Shown here piece after piece: positions 41,053 through 51,087 of a stretch of 64,000 nucleotides of DNA. Below the pieces are notes generated by a model that was not told the origin of the DNA, did no database searches, and worked only from the letters and a program-made list of their open reading frames with translations. The stretch spans positions 32,001-96,000 of the forward strand of contig CAVYSE010000023.1 in NCBI GenBank assembly GCA_963771075.1, written 5' to 3'. Numbering within the stretch: position 1 is the stretch's first letter; every line of letters starts with the position of its first letter. Position numbers and translations under genes: made by a program. This stretch comes from a candidate division FCPU426 bacterium (GTDB taxonomy: Bacteria > Oederibacteriota > Muellerivitia > Muellerivitales > Muellerivitaceae).

Positions 41053-42148
41053 ATGAAGATCGCCATTGATACCCGCATGGCCTGGTCCTCGGGTGTGGGA
41101 ACCTATATTCGAAACTTGGTTCCAGCCCTTTTAGCCGCCAGGCCTGGGGACAGGTTTTTCCTGCTCGGAAGCAGGGGGGATATGGAACGTTGGCCTGGAT
41201 TCCATAAACCCAACGCGGTTTGGGTGGAGACCTCTTCGAAAATCTATACTTTTTCGGAACAGTGGGAAGTGGCCCGGAGGATCCCCAAGGATGCGGACCT
41301 ATTTTGGTCGCCCTTTTATAACGTCCCCCTGCTGTGGAAGGGCAAGCTCCTGGCGACCGTTCACGATGTATTTCATTTAGCCGGGGCCCGGGAAATATCG
41401 GGATTCCACCGGCGCTTATACGCAAGCTATATGTTCGGACACCTGGCCCGACGGGCGGACTCCATCATATCGTGTTTCCCAGTTCACGAAAAAGGAATTG
41501 TTGACCCGGGTGGGCGGGGATGCCCTGAAGATGAAGGTGATCCACAATGGCGTGGATACGAATCGGTTCAATATCAAAAAACGAAAACGCCCCCACCCGA
41601 AGCCCTATTTGTTATACGTGGGGAATGTCAAACCCCATAAAAATCTTGGCAGGCTTTTGCAGGCATTCGCTTTATTGAAGGATAGAATCCCCCACGACCT
41701 GGTCGTGGTCGGCAAAAAAGAGGGATTCCTAACGGGTGACCGGAAATCACTCGAAATAGCGAAGGGTTATGGAGGACGGATCCATTTTACCGGCCCCGTT
41801 GATGATGTAAGTTTAGGACAATATTACGTTTTTTCCGAAATGCTTGTTTTCCCCTCCCTTTACGAGGGGTTCGGTCTTCCCCCGCTGGAGGCGATGGCAA
41901 GCGGAATTCCCGTCGCAAGTTCCTCAGCAGCTTCTCTGCCGGAAGTCTGTGGTGAGGCGGTCCATTATTTTGATCCGTTTAATCCCGCCGAAATGGCAGA
42001 AAAAATAGTGGATGTGATCCAAGATGGGGCACTTCGAAAAAAGTTAATCCGGAAAGGTTTCCAAAGGGTCGAGCAATTTAGCTGGGCTCGATCCGCGAAT
42101 GAAACGAATAGGCTCATCGACGATTTGTTGGTTCCTACAAGAAATTAA
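41053..42148 (+). CDS. GT4 glycosyltransferase with one frameshift near 41465-41480
   Basis: SGVGTY and TVHD in one frame; YVGNVKPHKN and YEGFGLPPLEAMA in the next. Confidence 0.85.
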
Positions 42149-42160
42149 TTCAATGAAAAG

Positions 42161-43597
42161 TTAATCGGGATCTCGGTTCAGAAGCCCGAGGGCCATAAAA
42201 AATAGGATCCAATAATCCAGGCGGGGAAACGTTTGGCAAAGATTCATATTGATGGTGAAGTGGCAAACCAACGCACCCAAAACCAATGCTTTCACCAAGG
42301 TGGGTGGCCCGCCTTTCCAGGCCCTCTTGAGGGAACCGAAAAATCCCCACACAAAAGCGGTGAAACCCAATAATCCTGACTCCATCCCAACTTCCAACCA
42401 CATGTTATCGGTCGTAACGGTCACCTTGGCTTCACCGGAGGAATCTCGGGCCACCCCGTTTCCGAGGATGGGATGCTGCGCCCAATCCTTCAATCCTTGA
42501 AAATAGGTGTCGATCCTGCCCTTTTCGCTCTTGTGAGGATCTTGGGGCGGGCCGGTAGCAACTTGTCCCGTCGAAAGGCCTCCGATAAAGGACAAGTATT
42601 CTCGGGATGAGGGCGTAACCGCGAATACCAGGATGGCGAGAGCCGCCCCGGTTATGGTTATCAGAAGGCTTCTTCTAATTTCGGGAAGGGAAAACCGCAA
42701 GGAATATCCCCCGACGAAAAGTAACCCGACGAGAATACCAAGGAATCCGCTTCGGGATCCCACCAGGAGGATCGAACTAAGGATCAGGGCCGACCGAATG
42801 GGGATTTTCCGAGACTCCCATCGGGACTCGAGGGCCAACGATAAGGGAAATCCAAACGCCAAGGCGCATCCCGCGTAAGAGGGTTCGTAATAAAAGGCGC
42901 TCGGGCGGAACAGGAATTGATGAAGCCCAACCTGGGTTCCGGATTGGACAAATCCCAAGGGAAAAGGAAGGGGATGAACCAAAAAATTGAGCGGACCGGT
43001 AAAGCACCACTGGCCCAGGGGCGTTGTTGCGCCGAACCAATAGGCCGCAATGGCCTGGACCCATAGGGTTCCCGCAACGGCGAAAAGACCCCACGAGGCA
43101 CCCTGGAGGGCCTTGTCCCCGCTTTTCGGGTTCAAGAATACTAAGGCGGCACATGAAATGTTCATGAACCCCCAGCCCACTTTGATCAGGGTAATTTGAG
43201 TATTGCCGGAAAGGATGGCCGCCAGGGCATAGATCAGGAAAAACCATCCCCAATTCGTGAGTACCTGGATGGGAAAGCTTTGTTCCTTGGCTCGGTTGAA
43301 AAGAGAATTCCAGTTTTGCCCCAAGGAAAGCAGCGCGGGCGCCCAAAGGAGGATTTGGCCCCACCGAATATGGAACGGGCCCCATTTTGTGGAAAAATAT
43401 TGATCCGCGCAGCATAAGTAGAAAAGCAGGGCAAAAAAGAATACCGTCAGGAAACTTTCCGCTTTTTTGTTGAAGGAGAATGAAACGGGTGTCCTTGTAG
43501 GCCCGTTCGCGGGGTCCGCCTTATCGATACCCTGGAGGTTCATGGGTTCAAATCCATATTTAATCCTTCGAAAGCGAAGGTATACTACCAAAACCAT
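42161..43597 (-). CDS. O-antigen ligase/polymerase (Wzy_C-like) membrane protein
   Basis: Multi-TM; YEPS, GSRSG, HPILGNG, DNMWLEVGMESGLLG. Confidence 0.75.
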   Translation of the reverse strand: MVLVVYLRFRRIKYGFEPMNLQGIDKADPANGPTRTPVSFSFNKKAESFLTVFFFALLFYLCCADQYFSTKWGPFHIRWGQILLWAPALLSLGQNWNSLFNRAKEQSFPIQVLTNWGWFFLIYALAAILSGNTQITLIKVGWGFMNISCAALVFLNPKSGDKALQGASWGLFAVAGTLWVQAIAAYWFGATTPLGQWCFTGPLNFLVHPLPFPLGFVQSGTQVGLHQFLFRPSAFYYEPSYAGCALAFGFPLSLALESRWESRKIPIRSALILSSILLVGSRSGFLGILVGLLFVGGYSLRFSLPEIRRSLLITITGAALAILVFAVTPSSREYLSFIGGLSTGQVATGPPQDPHKSEKGRIDTYFQGLKDWAQHPILGNGVARDSSGEAKVTVTTDNMWLEVGMESGLLGFTAFVWGFFGSLKRAWKGGPPTLVKALVLGALVCHFTINMNLCQTFPRLDYWILFFMALGLLNRDPD

Positions 43598-43636
43598 GCG
43601 GCCTTAGGCCCGCGATTCAAGAAAAAGAGCCCTGTA

Positions 43637-44782
43637 ATGATTATCGGAATTGATGGAACATGCCTTTTGGGTGAGCGTACCGGCGCGGGTTGGTACCTGA
43701 CCCACCTATTGGAGGCTCTCTCCCATGTGCTGGAGGAGGATAGGGCCTATATCTGGATGAACAACCCGACCCCGGAAGAGAGGGCCCGGGTTTCGGAAAA
43801 CCGCTTTATTTCCCTGAACGTGACCCATTATCCCTGGGCCGCGCTCAAACTGACATGGAATACCCTGGGCACTCCCGCCATCGAAAACCTGATCGGCCGT
43901 CCCGCGGATGTCTATTTTTATCCTAACTTTTTATCCATCCCCCAGAAGCAGGGGAAAAAGGTCCTTTTTGTCCACGATCTCACCCACTTGACCCATCCCC
44001 AATGGGTTCCGGAGGAAACGGGAAAAAACTTGAAGGCTAATTGGGGGAAGCAGGAAGAAACCGCTGACCTGATCCTCACCGCTTCGGATTACAACCGGCA
44101 GGAAATACTATCCCATGCCCCCCGGCTGGGAGAGGGCAAGGTACGCGTGGTCCCCCATGGGGTTCCGTCGAACTTTCAACGGCCCGCGAGCCAGGACAAG
44201 GTCAGGACCGTGCGTGAGACTTATCGTCTCGCGAAACCCTATTTCCTTTTCGTTGGAAGCCTGGAACCTCGCAAGAATCTGTTGAGGCTGGTGCACGCCT
44301 TTCTCCTTTTCAAACAAAAGTCCCGAATGGACCACCAATTGGTTCTGGCGGGGCCGAAGGGTTATGTGGGGGACGAATTCATGGAATTTCTTTCCTCACC
44401 CCAGTTGGTGGATAAGGTGAGGTGGCTCCACTACATTCCGGAGGAGGACCTGCCGGCTCTTTATACGGGTGCCACGGCATTTGTCTTTCCCTCGCTTAAA
44501 GAGGGGTTTGGCTTGCCGCTGCTGGAAGCGATGGGTTGCGGGTTGCCCATCCTTTGCTCGAACACCGGGGCCATACCGGAAGTGGTGGGCGACGCCGCCT
44601 GGATGATGGATCCCATGAACGTGACGGATTGGGCCCGGGCCATGGAAAGAGCCGCCTCCGAACCAGCCTTTACGGGGATCCTTTCGGAGAAGGGGAGGAC
44701 GCGTGTTTCCCTTTTCCGGATCGACCAAACGGCCCGGCAGACCCTCGCTGCCCTTAAAATGACCTGTCAAACCTATGTCTAA
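43637..44782 (+). CDS. GT4 glycosyltransferase
   Basis: VGSLEPRKN, EGFGLPLLEAMGCG. Confidence 0.92.
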   Translation: MIIGIDGTCLLGERTGAGWYLTHLLEALSHVLEEDRAYIWMNNPTPEERARVSENRFISLNVTHYPWAALKLTWNTLGTPAIENLIGRPADVYFYPNFLSIPQKQGKKVLFVHDLTHLTHPQWVPEETGKNLKANWGKQEETADLILTASDYNRQEILSHAPRLGEGKVRVVPHGVPSNFQRPASQDKVRTVRETYRLAKPYFLFVGSLEPRKNLLRLVHAFLLFKQKSRMDHQLVLAGPKGYVGDEFMEFLSSPQLVDKVRWLHYIPEEDLPALYTGATAFVFPSLKEGFGLPLLEAMGCGLPILCSNTGAIPEVVGDAAWMMDPMNVTDWARAMERAASEPAFTGILSEKGRTRVSLFRIDQTARQTLAALKMTCQTYV

Positions 44783-46163
44783 GAACAAGGGAAAAAAGGG
44801 TCCGGGCGGGTTGCCCAAGCGCCCTGCCCCGGTCAAAAAGGGAAAAACCTCCCCTGTCCCAAGGACCCGATCGAAAGGGGTAAGAAAAACTTCCCCTCTC
44901 CCGCCTAAAACCAAGGCATCCGATTTCCGAAAAATTCCAACCCCACCCCCGGGGGGCGGGTTGGTAAGAAATGGGGACCCTCTTCGGCCCATCCCCGGGA
45001 GAAACACTGTTTTCGATCCCGCCTTCCGTTTTGGTTTGGAAGGGCGATTGGGCGATCCGAAAAGGCGTTTTGCCCAAGTCCTGGCGGGAAAACCCAAGGT
45101 GACGGCGGTGGTCATCAACCATAACGGGGCGGATCTGCTATGGAATTGTCTTTTCGCCCTTCAAACCCAGACCTATCCCCTGGATCAAATTATTGTCGTG
45201 GATAACGCCTCCACGGACGCCAGCCTCCCCTTCCTTGAATCCAATCATCCGAATGTCCGGATTCTGGAATGCCAGGAGAATTTCGGCTTTGCCCTTGGTT
45301 GCAACCTGGGGGCCCGAATGGCGGAAGGGGATCTGGTGGTGTTCCTCCACAATGACACGGTCGCCACCCCGGAATGGGTTTCCCGAATGGTCGCTGCGTT
45401 CCAGGAATGGGGGCCCGATACGGGAGCGGTCGCATCCGAGGTTCACTTGAGGAAGGGCAAGGGTGATACGGATAAGAAGAACGCCATGAATTTGTTGAGC
45501 CTTCCCTTGCGGGGGTTTTACATGGATCGGGACCTGAGGTTCGCCCCCACCGGATGCGCCTTTATGGTCTCCCGACTTCTCTTCCCGGAGGGGCCGTTTG
45601 AAGGTGACTATTTTTTGGGAGGGGAGGATGCCCAGGTGGGATTTCGGCTCCAGGACGCCCATCGCCCGGTCGTGCTCGCCCGGGGAGCCAAGGTATTCCA
45701 CGGGGAAGGTGAAAAACCATTCCGCCTGCCGGGCTGGAAAAAGGAATACTACGCCTTTCGAAACCGATACCTGACCCTTCTCACCTTTTACCGCCGGACC
45801 ACTCTCCTCAAGTTAACGCCTCTCTTGGCGATGGATGGGATTTCCCAATTGCTGATTGGACTTTTTCTTTCCCCGGAGAAATTCATTGGAACCCTGGCCG
45901 GAATGGTTTGGATCCTGACCCATCCGGGATGGTTGACCAAGAAACGGGCGGGGATCCAGGAGAAAAGGTCCGATGAGGACCGGGCGATTTTGGGAATGTT
46001 GAGCGGAAGAATTTTGGATGGAGAGGGCCTGGGAGCCCGGATCGCCAATTTACTGTCCCTGGTCTACTGCCGTTGGGCCTTTATACCCATCTTGGAATCG
46101 ATGGATCTCCCTTCCGAGGGGAATGAACGGAAAAACTTGGAAAACCCAAGTAAAGTTGGGTAA
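44775..46163 (+). CDS. GT2 glycosyltransferase with a long Lys/Pro-rich N-terminal extension
   Basis: VDNASTD, ENFGFALGCN, FLHNDT, GEDA. Confidence 0.85.
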   Translation: MSKNKGKKGPGGLPKRPAPVKKGKTSPVPRTRSKGVRKTSPLPPKTKASDFRKIPTPPPGGGLVRNGDPLRPIPGRNTVFDPAFRFGLEGRLGDPKRRFAQVLAGKPKVTAVVINHNGADLLWNCLFALQTQTYPLDQIIVVDNASTDASLPFLESNHPNVRILECQENFGFALGCNLGARMAEGDLVVFLHNDTVATPEWVSRMVAAFQEWGPDTGAVASEVHLRKGKGDTDKKNAMNLLSLPLRGFYMDRDLRFAPTGCAFMVSRLLFPEGPFEGDYFLGGEDAQVGFRLQDAHRPVVLARGAKVFHGEGEKPFRLPGWKKEYYAFRNRYLTLLTFYRRTTLLKLTPLLAMDGISQLLIGLFLSPEKFIGTLAGMVWILTHPGWLTKKRAGIQEKRSDEDRAILGMLSGRILDGEGLGARIANLLSLVYCRWAFIPILESMDLPSEGNERKNLENPSKVG

Positions 46164-46212
46164 ACTCGCATCCTACTTGTTCCAATGTGATTTCAAATCG
46201 AGGGCGTTGATC

Positions 46213-46545
46213 ATGGTTCCAACGAAAACACCGGGTTTCATCAACGACCCTAATCGTTGCCAGGTTTGCACGACGTTTTTGACCCTTTATCCGAAAAGTT
46301 TCGCGACCTGTCCCCATTGTCAGAAGGTGGTTTGCCGCAGATGCTGGGGTGAGGCCTACAATAAAAAACCCTATCCCACCGATTCCTGCGTCCACGAGGT
46401 CGAGGAAACCAATATCGAAAGGTCTCCCCTCGCCAGCCAGAGGAGCCAGGTTAAATGGGATTGGTTTCGCATGGGTTTTGTGGCGGTCCTGGTCCTTTTG
46501 ACCTTGGGAATATTATTCTTCCTCTGGAATATCTTCTTCGCCTGA
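46213..46545 (+). CDS. small Cys-rich zinc-finger protein with a C-terminal TM helix
   Basis: CQVC...CPHCQKVVCRRC...CVH and a hydrophobic C-terminal helix; fills the gap between GT genes. Confidence 0.65.
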   Translation: MVPTKTPGFINDPNRCQVCTTFLTLYPKSFATCPHCQKVVCRRCWGEAYNKKPYPTDSCVHEVEETNIERSPLASQRSQVKWDWFRMGFVAVLVLLTLGILFFLWNIFFA

Positions 46546-46587
46546 AAAATGGCCGAGCCGTGAATTTTCCCATAAGAAAGCTTTAAC

Positions 46588-47691
46588 TTGAAAATCGCCA
46601 TCGTTCACGACTGGATGACGGGGATGAGGGGCGGGGAGAAGGTGCTTCTCGCGCTCCTGGAGCTTTTTCCCCAGGCGGACCTTTTCACGCTGGTTTACCG
46701 GCCCGACAGGATGGACCCGGTTTTCCAAAAACGCCGGGTGACCACTTCCTTCCTCCAGAGACTCCCCTTCGGGCGTACTCGCTACCAGTACTATCTTCCA
46801 CTTTTCTGGGAACTGATGGGCGGCTTCGATCTTTCATCCTACGACCTGATTGTTTCCTCCAGCTCGGCCTGCGCCAAGTGGGTCCGCAACCCCAAGAAAA
46901 CCCTCCATGTCTGCTATTGCCATACGCCCATGCGGTATGTCTGGGATCTTTTTGACGATTACTTCGAGAAAGAGGCGAAGGCACCGGTGCGATGGGCGGC
47001 GCGGGCCTTCCGGTCCTACCTCCAGCGCTGTGACCTGAAATCGAACGAGGGAGTCACCCAGTTCCTGGCCAACTCCAACGAGGTGAAGGAGCGCATTCAA
47101 AGGCTCTACGGCCGGGAATCGGAAGTACTCCATCCGCCTGTGGACGTGGACCATTTCCGGTTGCGGGAAGGGAAGGGGGAATACTTCCTTGCCCTCTCGG
47201 CCCTGGTTCCCTATAAAAAAATCGAGTTGGCGGTGAGGGTTTGCACGAAAAGGGCCTGGCCTCTCTGGGTGGTGGGGCAGGGCCAGGAGGAAAATAAATT
47301 GCGAACCCTGGCTGGCCCCACGGTTTTCTTCAAAGGCTGGGCGAAGGAGGAAGAACTGCCGGATATTTACGCCCGCGCTAAGGCGCTGGTTTTCCCGGGC
47401 AAGGAGGATTTCGGCATCGTGCCGGTGGAAGCCATGGCCTGCGGGGTTCCCGTGGTGGCCTTTGGGGAGGGAGGCGTCCTGGATTCGGTCCAGGACGGCG
47501 TCACAGGCGTCTTTTTCCACAAGCAAACCGAAGAAGCGCTGGAGGAAGCCCTCGAGAAATTCGAGAAGATGGAATTTGATCCCAAGGTTCTCCGCGAGAA
47601 GGCCAACCAGTTTTCCAAGGCCCGGTTTTTGTTCAAGGCGCAGGTGTATTTTCGAAGACTGTTTGGCATCAAGCCAATTGGAGAAGAGTAG
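46588..47691 (+). CDS. GT4 glycosyltransferase
   Basis: HDWMTGMRGGE, CHTPMRY, EDFGIVPVEAMACG. Confidence 0.92.
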   Translation: MKIAIVHDWMTGMRGGEKVLLALLELFPQADLFTLVYRPDRMDPVFQKRRVTTSFLQRLPFGRTRYQYYLPLFWELMGGFDLSSYDLIVSSSSACAKWVRNPKKTLHVCYCHTPMRYVWDLFDDYFEKEAKAPVRWAARAFRSYLQRCDLKSNEGVTQFLANSNEVKERIQRLYGRESEVLHPPVDVDHFRLREGKGEYFLALSALVPYKKIELAVRVCTKRAWPLWVVGQGQEENKLRTLAGPTVFFKGWAKEEELPDIYARAKALVFPGKEDFGIVPVEAMACGVPVVAFGEGGVLDSVQDGVTGVFFHKQTEEALEEALEKFEKMEFDPKVLREKANQFSKARFLFKAQVYFRRLFGIKPIGEE

Positions 47692-47738
47692 TCGACAGTC
47701 AACAGTCGGCAGTCGACAGAAGGCAAACGACAAACGGC
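47690..47738 (+). repeat. 7-nt tandem repeat array 1 (forward)
   Basis: AGTCGAC AGTCAAC AGTCGGC AGTCGAC AGAAGGC AAACGAC AAACGGC. Confidence 0.85.
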
Positions 47739-47771
47739 AGACCAAAGTCGCCAACTCCAAAGGAACGGCGT

Positions 47772-48128
47772 ATGTCATCCGATCATGAAAAGTTGGACGT
47801 TTGGAAAAAATCGATGAAGCTTGTCACAGAGATTTACCAAATTAGTCAAAAGTTCCCAAAAGAAGAAATCTATGGTTTAACCAGCCAAATGAGAAGATCG
47901 GCCATATCCATACCTAGCAACATAGCCGAAGGTAAAGGACGCCACACGAACCCGGAATTTTGCCAATTTCTAATCCATGTGCGGGGATCATTATTGGAAC
48001 TGGAAACACAATTGCAAATCGCCTGTAATCTGGGCTATCTGGAAAGCCAAAAGATGGATGATTTAAAAGTTAAAACTGCGGAAATTGGTAAAATGCTAAA
48101 CGGTTTAATTAAAGCAATCGGCCGCTGA
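47772..48128 (+). CDS. four-helix-bundle protein (23S rRNA IVS protein/bAvd-like family)
   Basis: LDVWKKSM...FPKEEIYGLTSQMRRSAISIPSNIAEG...GSLLELETQL. Confidence 0.92.
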   Translation: MSSDHEKLDVWKKSMKLVTEIYQISQKFPKEEIYGLTSQMRRSAISIPSNIAEGKGRHTNPEFCQFLIHVRGSLLELETQLQIACNLGYLESQKMDDLKVKTAEIGKMLNGLIKAIGR

Positions 48129-48137
48129 GGTTTGGGC

Positions 48138-48165
48138 AGTAACCGTCGACCGTCGACTGCCAACT
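48138..48165 (-). repeat. 7-nt tandem repeat array 2 (reverse)
   Basis: AGTAACC GTCGACC GTCGACT GCCAACT; reverse complement reads AGTTGGC AGTCGAC GGTCGAC GGTTACT. Confidence 0.8.
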
Positions 48166-48180
48166 TTCTCGCGAGGTTTT

Positions 48181-49572
48181 ATGAGATTTCCACTCAAATC
48201 CCTTTTCGCTTCCATCAGCTTCGTGCTGGACGGCCTTTTGGTGGCCGGGTGCTTCATGCTGGCCGATTGGATCCGATTTCGATCGGGGTGGTTGAGGGTG
48301 GATGAACCCACCTATTACCCCCATTACCGGACTTTTTTGGCCGCGGTGATGAGTGTTTACTGGCTGGTTTTCAAGTATTTGGGCCTTTATCGAAGCCGCC
48401 GGGGTGTCTCCGTAGTGGATGAATTGGTTAAGGTCCTTTGGGGGTCCGTCATCGCGACCCTTTTGATCGCGGCCGGGACTTTCCTGGTGCATTTTTTCGC
48501 CTTTTCCCGGCTGGTGGTTACCTTCGCGGCCGGGTTGATCATTGTCAGCGTGTGGTTCGAAAGAACCCTATTGAGAAGGATACAAATCCTCCTCCGCCGC
48601 AATGGAGTGGGTGTCACCCGCGTCCTGGTGGTGGGTACGGGCGAGACCGCCAAGATATTCCTTCAGCGATTGCGGCATAACCCGGGCCTAGGCTACCGGG
48701 TAGTCGGGGTGGTTTCGGAGGGAAATAAAACCCTTGGGGAAGTGGAAGGGATCCGGGTATTGGGGAACCTGGCCCGTTTCGACCAAGTCATGTCCAAGCA
48801 CATACCCGACGAGGTGATTTTCGCCCTGCCCGCTTCCGCCCATGGGGAATTGCTTCCCCTATTGGTGACCCTTCAGGATACCCAGGTGAAATACAAGATC
48901 ATTTCCGACCTCTTTGGCCTGATCACCAATCCCCTGGAAAGCGACGTTCTTTTAGACATGCCTGTCTTCGAAATGAAGGAAGCCCCCTTGAACGCCTGGC
49001 ATAACCGGACGATCAAACGGACTTTTGATTTTGTTTTTTCCCTGGTGGCGATCCTGTTGTTGAGCCCGATCTGGATTTTGGTGGCCCTGGGGGTCAAGCT
49101 CACCTCGCCCGGCCCCATCCTGTTCCATCAAAAGCGGGTTGGGAGGGATGGAAGGGTCTTTCACATTCGGAAATTCCGCACCATGCAGGTGGGAACGGAA
49201 ACCGTGGCCTTTACCGCCCAAAAGGACCCACGGGTCACGCCTCTTGGCAAGTTCCTGCGCAAGACCAGCCTGGATGAGCTACCCCAGCTCCTGAACGTCT
49301 TGACCGGGCGCATGAGCCTGGTCGGGCCCCGGCCCGAGGTGCCAGGCCTGGTGGAGAAATTCCAAAAAGAGATACCCCGTTATTTTGAGCGCCATCAGGT
49401 GAAATCGGGTATCACGGGTTGGGCCCAGGTGAACGGCTTCCGAGGCAACACGTCCCTGACCGAGAGGGTGAAATACGACATCTATTACATCGAGAACTGG
49501 AGCCTTCTGCTCGACATCAAGATCATCCTAAGGACTGTTTTGGATATTTTGGAGCATGAGCATGCTTATTAA
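48181..49572 (+). CDS. undecaprenyl-phosphate glucose phosphotransferase (WcaJ-like)
   Basis: KRTFD, KFRTM, DPRVT, SLDELPQL, MSLVGPRPE, GITGWAQVNG. Confidence 0.92.
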   Translation: MRFPLKSLFASISFVLDGLLVAGCFMLADWIRFRSGWLRVDEPTYYPHYRTFLAAVMSVYWLVFKYLGLYRSRRGVSVVDELVKVLWGSVIATLLIAAGTFLVHFFAFSRLVVTFAAGLIIVSVWFERTLLRRIQILLRRNGVGVTRVLVVGTGETAKIFLQRLRHNPGLGYRVVGVVSEGNKTLGEVEGIRVLGNLARFDQVMSKHIPDEVIFALPASAHGELLPLLVTLQDTQVKYKIISDLFGLITNPLESDVLLDMPVFEMKEAPLNAWHNRTIKRTFDFVFSLVAILLLSPIWILVALGVKLTSPGPILFHQKRVGRDGRVFHIRKFRTMQVGTETVAFTAQKDPRVTPLGKFLRKTSLDELPQLLNVLTGRMSLVGPRPEVPGLVEKFQKEIPRYFERHQVKSGITGWAQVNGFRGNTSLTERVKYDIYYIENWSLLLDIKIILRTVLDILEHEHAY

Positions 49573-49575
49573 GGC

Positions 49576-49603
49576 AGTCGACGGTCCGCAGTCGACAGTT
49601 GGC
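49576..49603 (+). repeat. 7-nt tandem repeat array 3 (forward)
   Basis: AGTCGAC GGTCCGC AGTCGAC AGTTGGC. Confidence 0.8.
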
Positions 49604-49644
49604 AACAAAGCCGGTTCGAGTCCAAAGAGGGAACGGTTAATTAG

Positions 49645-50088
49645 ATGATTGATAAAGCATCCAGAAGAAAATTGACGGAAAAATTAAGACAGTTTGTGAG
49701 CGGTCGGATTACAAATTATCAGTATGAAGATATGACTCCGAGGCGGTCGCCCGATAAGGCGATTTGGGCAATTCAGCAAAGAGTTTGGACGGTTTACGAT
49801 GATTTACATGAACACATACTTACAGGTAAATGGGCACTGAATAAAGAAGGGAGGGCAATTGTTTCAAGGTATATTCTCTTTCTTCATTCGAATTTCGAAT
49901 ATGAGTGGCCCAAACATCCTTCGGAAAATATTCTGGGGAAGATTTTGTCTCTGTTTAGTCTTGGACTAATCCCAAGATTGTTTTGGAATAAAAAATGGAA
50001 TCAATCAGGAAATATTAAAGCGTGGCCTTTCATAAGCCAAAAAGACTTAAATAGGGCTAAAAGAAAACCCAGGTTATTAAATGGTTAA
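49645..50088 (+). CDS. hypothetical protein (AT-rich accessory ORF)
   Basis: 147-aa ORF with a purine-rich RBS-like segment upstream; visibly AT-richer than its neighbours. Confidence 0.7.
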   Translation: MIDKASRRKLTEKLRQFVSGRITNYQYEDMTPRRSPDKAIWAIQQRVWTVYDDLHEHILTGKWALNKEGRAIVSRYILFLHSNFEYEWPKHPSENILGKILSLFSLGLIPRLFWNKKWNQSGNIKAWPFISQKDLNRAKRKPRLLNG

Positions 50089-50153
50089 GGTTTTATTCGT
50101 AAAACTTCGAATTTTACGATTCGCAAATCGCAGAGAATGAGGAATGAACTAAA

Positions 50154-51071
50154 ATGAAAATCCTTGTAACTGGCGGCGCGGGGTTCATCGGTAGTCATGT
50201 AGTAGACGCCTATCTGGCGGCGAGGCACGAGGTGATCGTGGTCGATAACCTGTCCACGGGAAAGGCGGCGAACCTAAACCCCAAGGCGAAGTTTTACGAG
50301 ATGGATATCCTCAACGAATCCCTACAGCAACTCCTGCAAAACGAGAAAGTCGAAGTGGTAAACCACCACGCGGCCCAGATCAAGGTTAAGGCTTCCCTGG
50401 AAGACCCTTATTTCGATGTGAAGGTGAACGTGCTGGGATCGGTCCTTCTCCTCGACCTCTGCCGCAGAGCTGGGGTCCGGAAATTCATCTACGCTTCTTC
50501 CGGTGGGGCCCAATATGGTGAGGCGGAAGCGGGACCTTTTCCCGAAACCCAACCGGCCCGGCCATTTTCGGTTTACGGCGCCAGCAAATATTCGGTAGAA
50601 CTTTACGCGGACGTTTTCTCCCAGGCCTTTGGCATGGAAAGGGTCATCCTGCGTTACGCCAATGTGTACGGGCCACGGCAAGACGCCCTGGGGGAGGGAG
50701 GGGCGGTGGCCATCTTCACCCACGGGATGCTCCATGGGGGTGATTTCCAGATCTTCGGCGACGGCTACAACCTACGGGATTACGTTTATGTTAAGGATGT
50801 GGCCAAGGCCAATTTGCTGGCCCTTGAATACCCTCAAAACGGCACTTTTAATATCGGAACGGGGGTGGGGACGACTACTTCGGAACTTTTCCAAGCCCTG
50901 GCGAAAGCCACTGGTTATAAACTTCCAGCCCTGCATACGGTGGCCCGCCTGGGGGACCTGAAAAAAAGCTTGTTGGACCCCACCCTTGCTAAAAAGGACC
51001 TAAAATGGGAACCCGCCTATGACTTGGCGGCTGGGTTGAAAGAAACCATCGAATACTACAAATCCCGATGA
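50154..51071 (+). CDS. NAD-dependent epimerase (UDP-glucose 4-epimerase-like)
   Basis: GGAGFIGSH, SSGGA, YGASK, RYANVYGPRQ, RDYVYV. Confidence 0.9.
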   Translation: MKILVTGGAGFIGSHVVDAYLAARHEVIVVDNLSTGKAANLNPKAKFYEMDILNESLQQLLQNEKVEVVNHHAAQIKVKASLEDPYFDVKVNVLGSVLLLDLCRRAGVRKFIYASSGGAQYGEAEAGPFPETQPARPFSVYGASKYSVELYADVFSQAFGMERVILRYANVYGPRQDALGEGGAVAIFTHGMLHGGDFQIFGDGYNLRDYVYVKDVAKANLLALEYPQNGTFNIGTGVGTTTSELFQALAKATGYKLPALHTVARLGDLKKSLLDPTLAKKDLKWEPAYDLAAGLKETIEYYKSR

Positions 51072-51087
51072 GGTTTTAATTTGTTTT

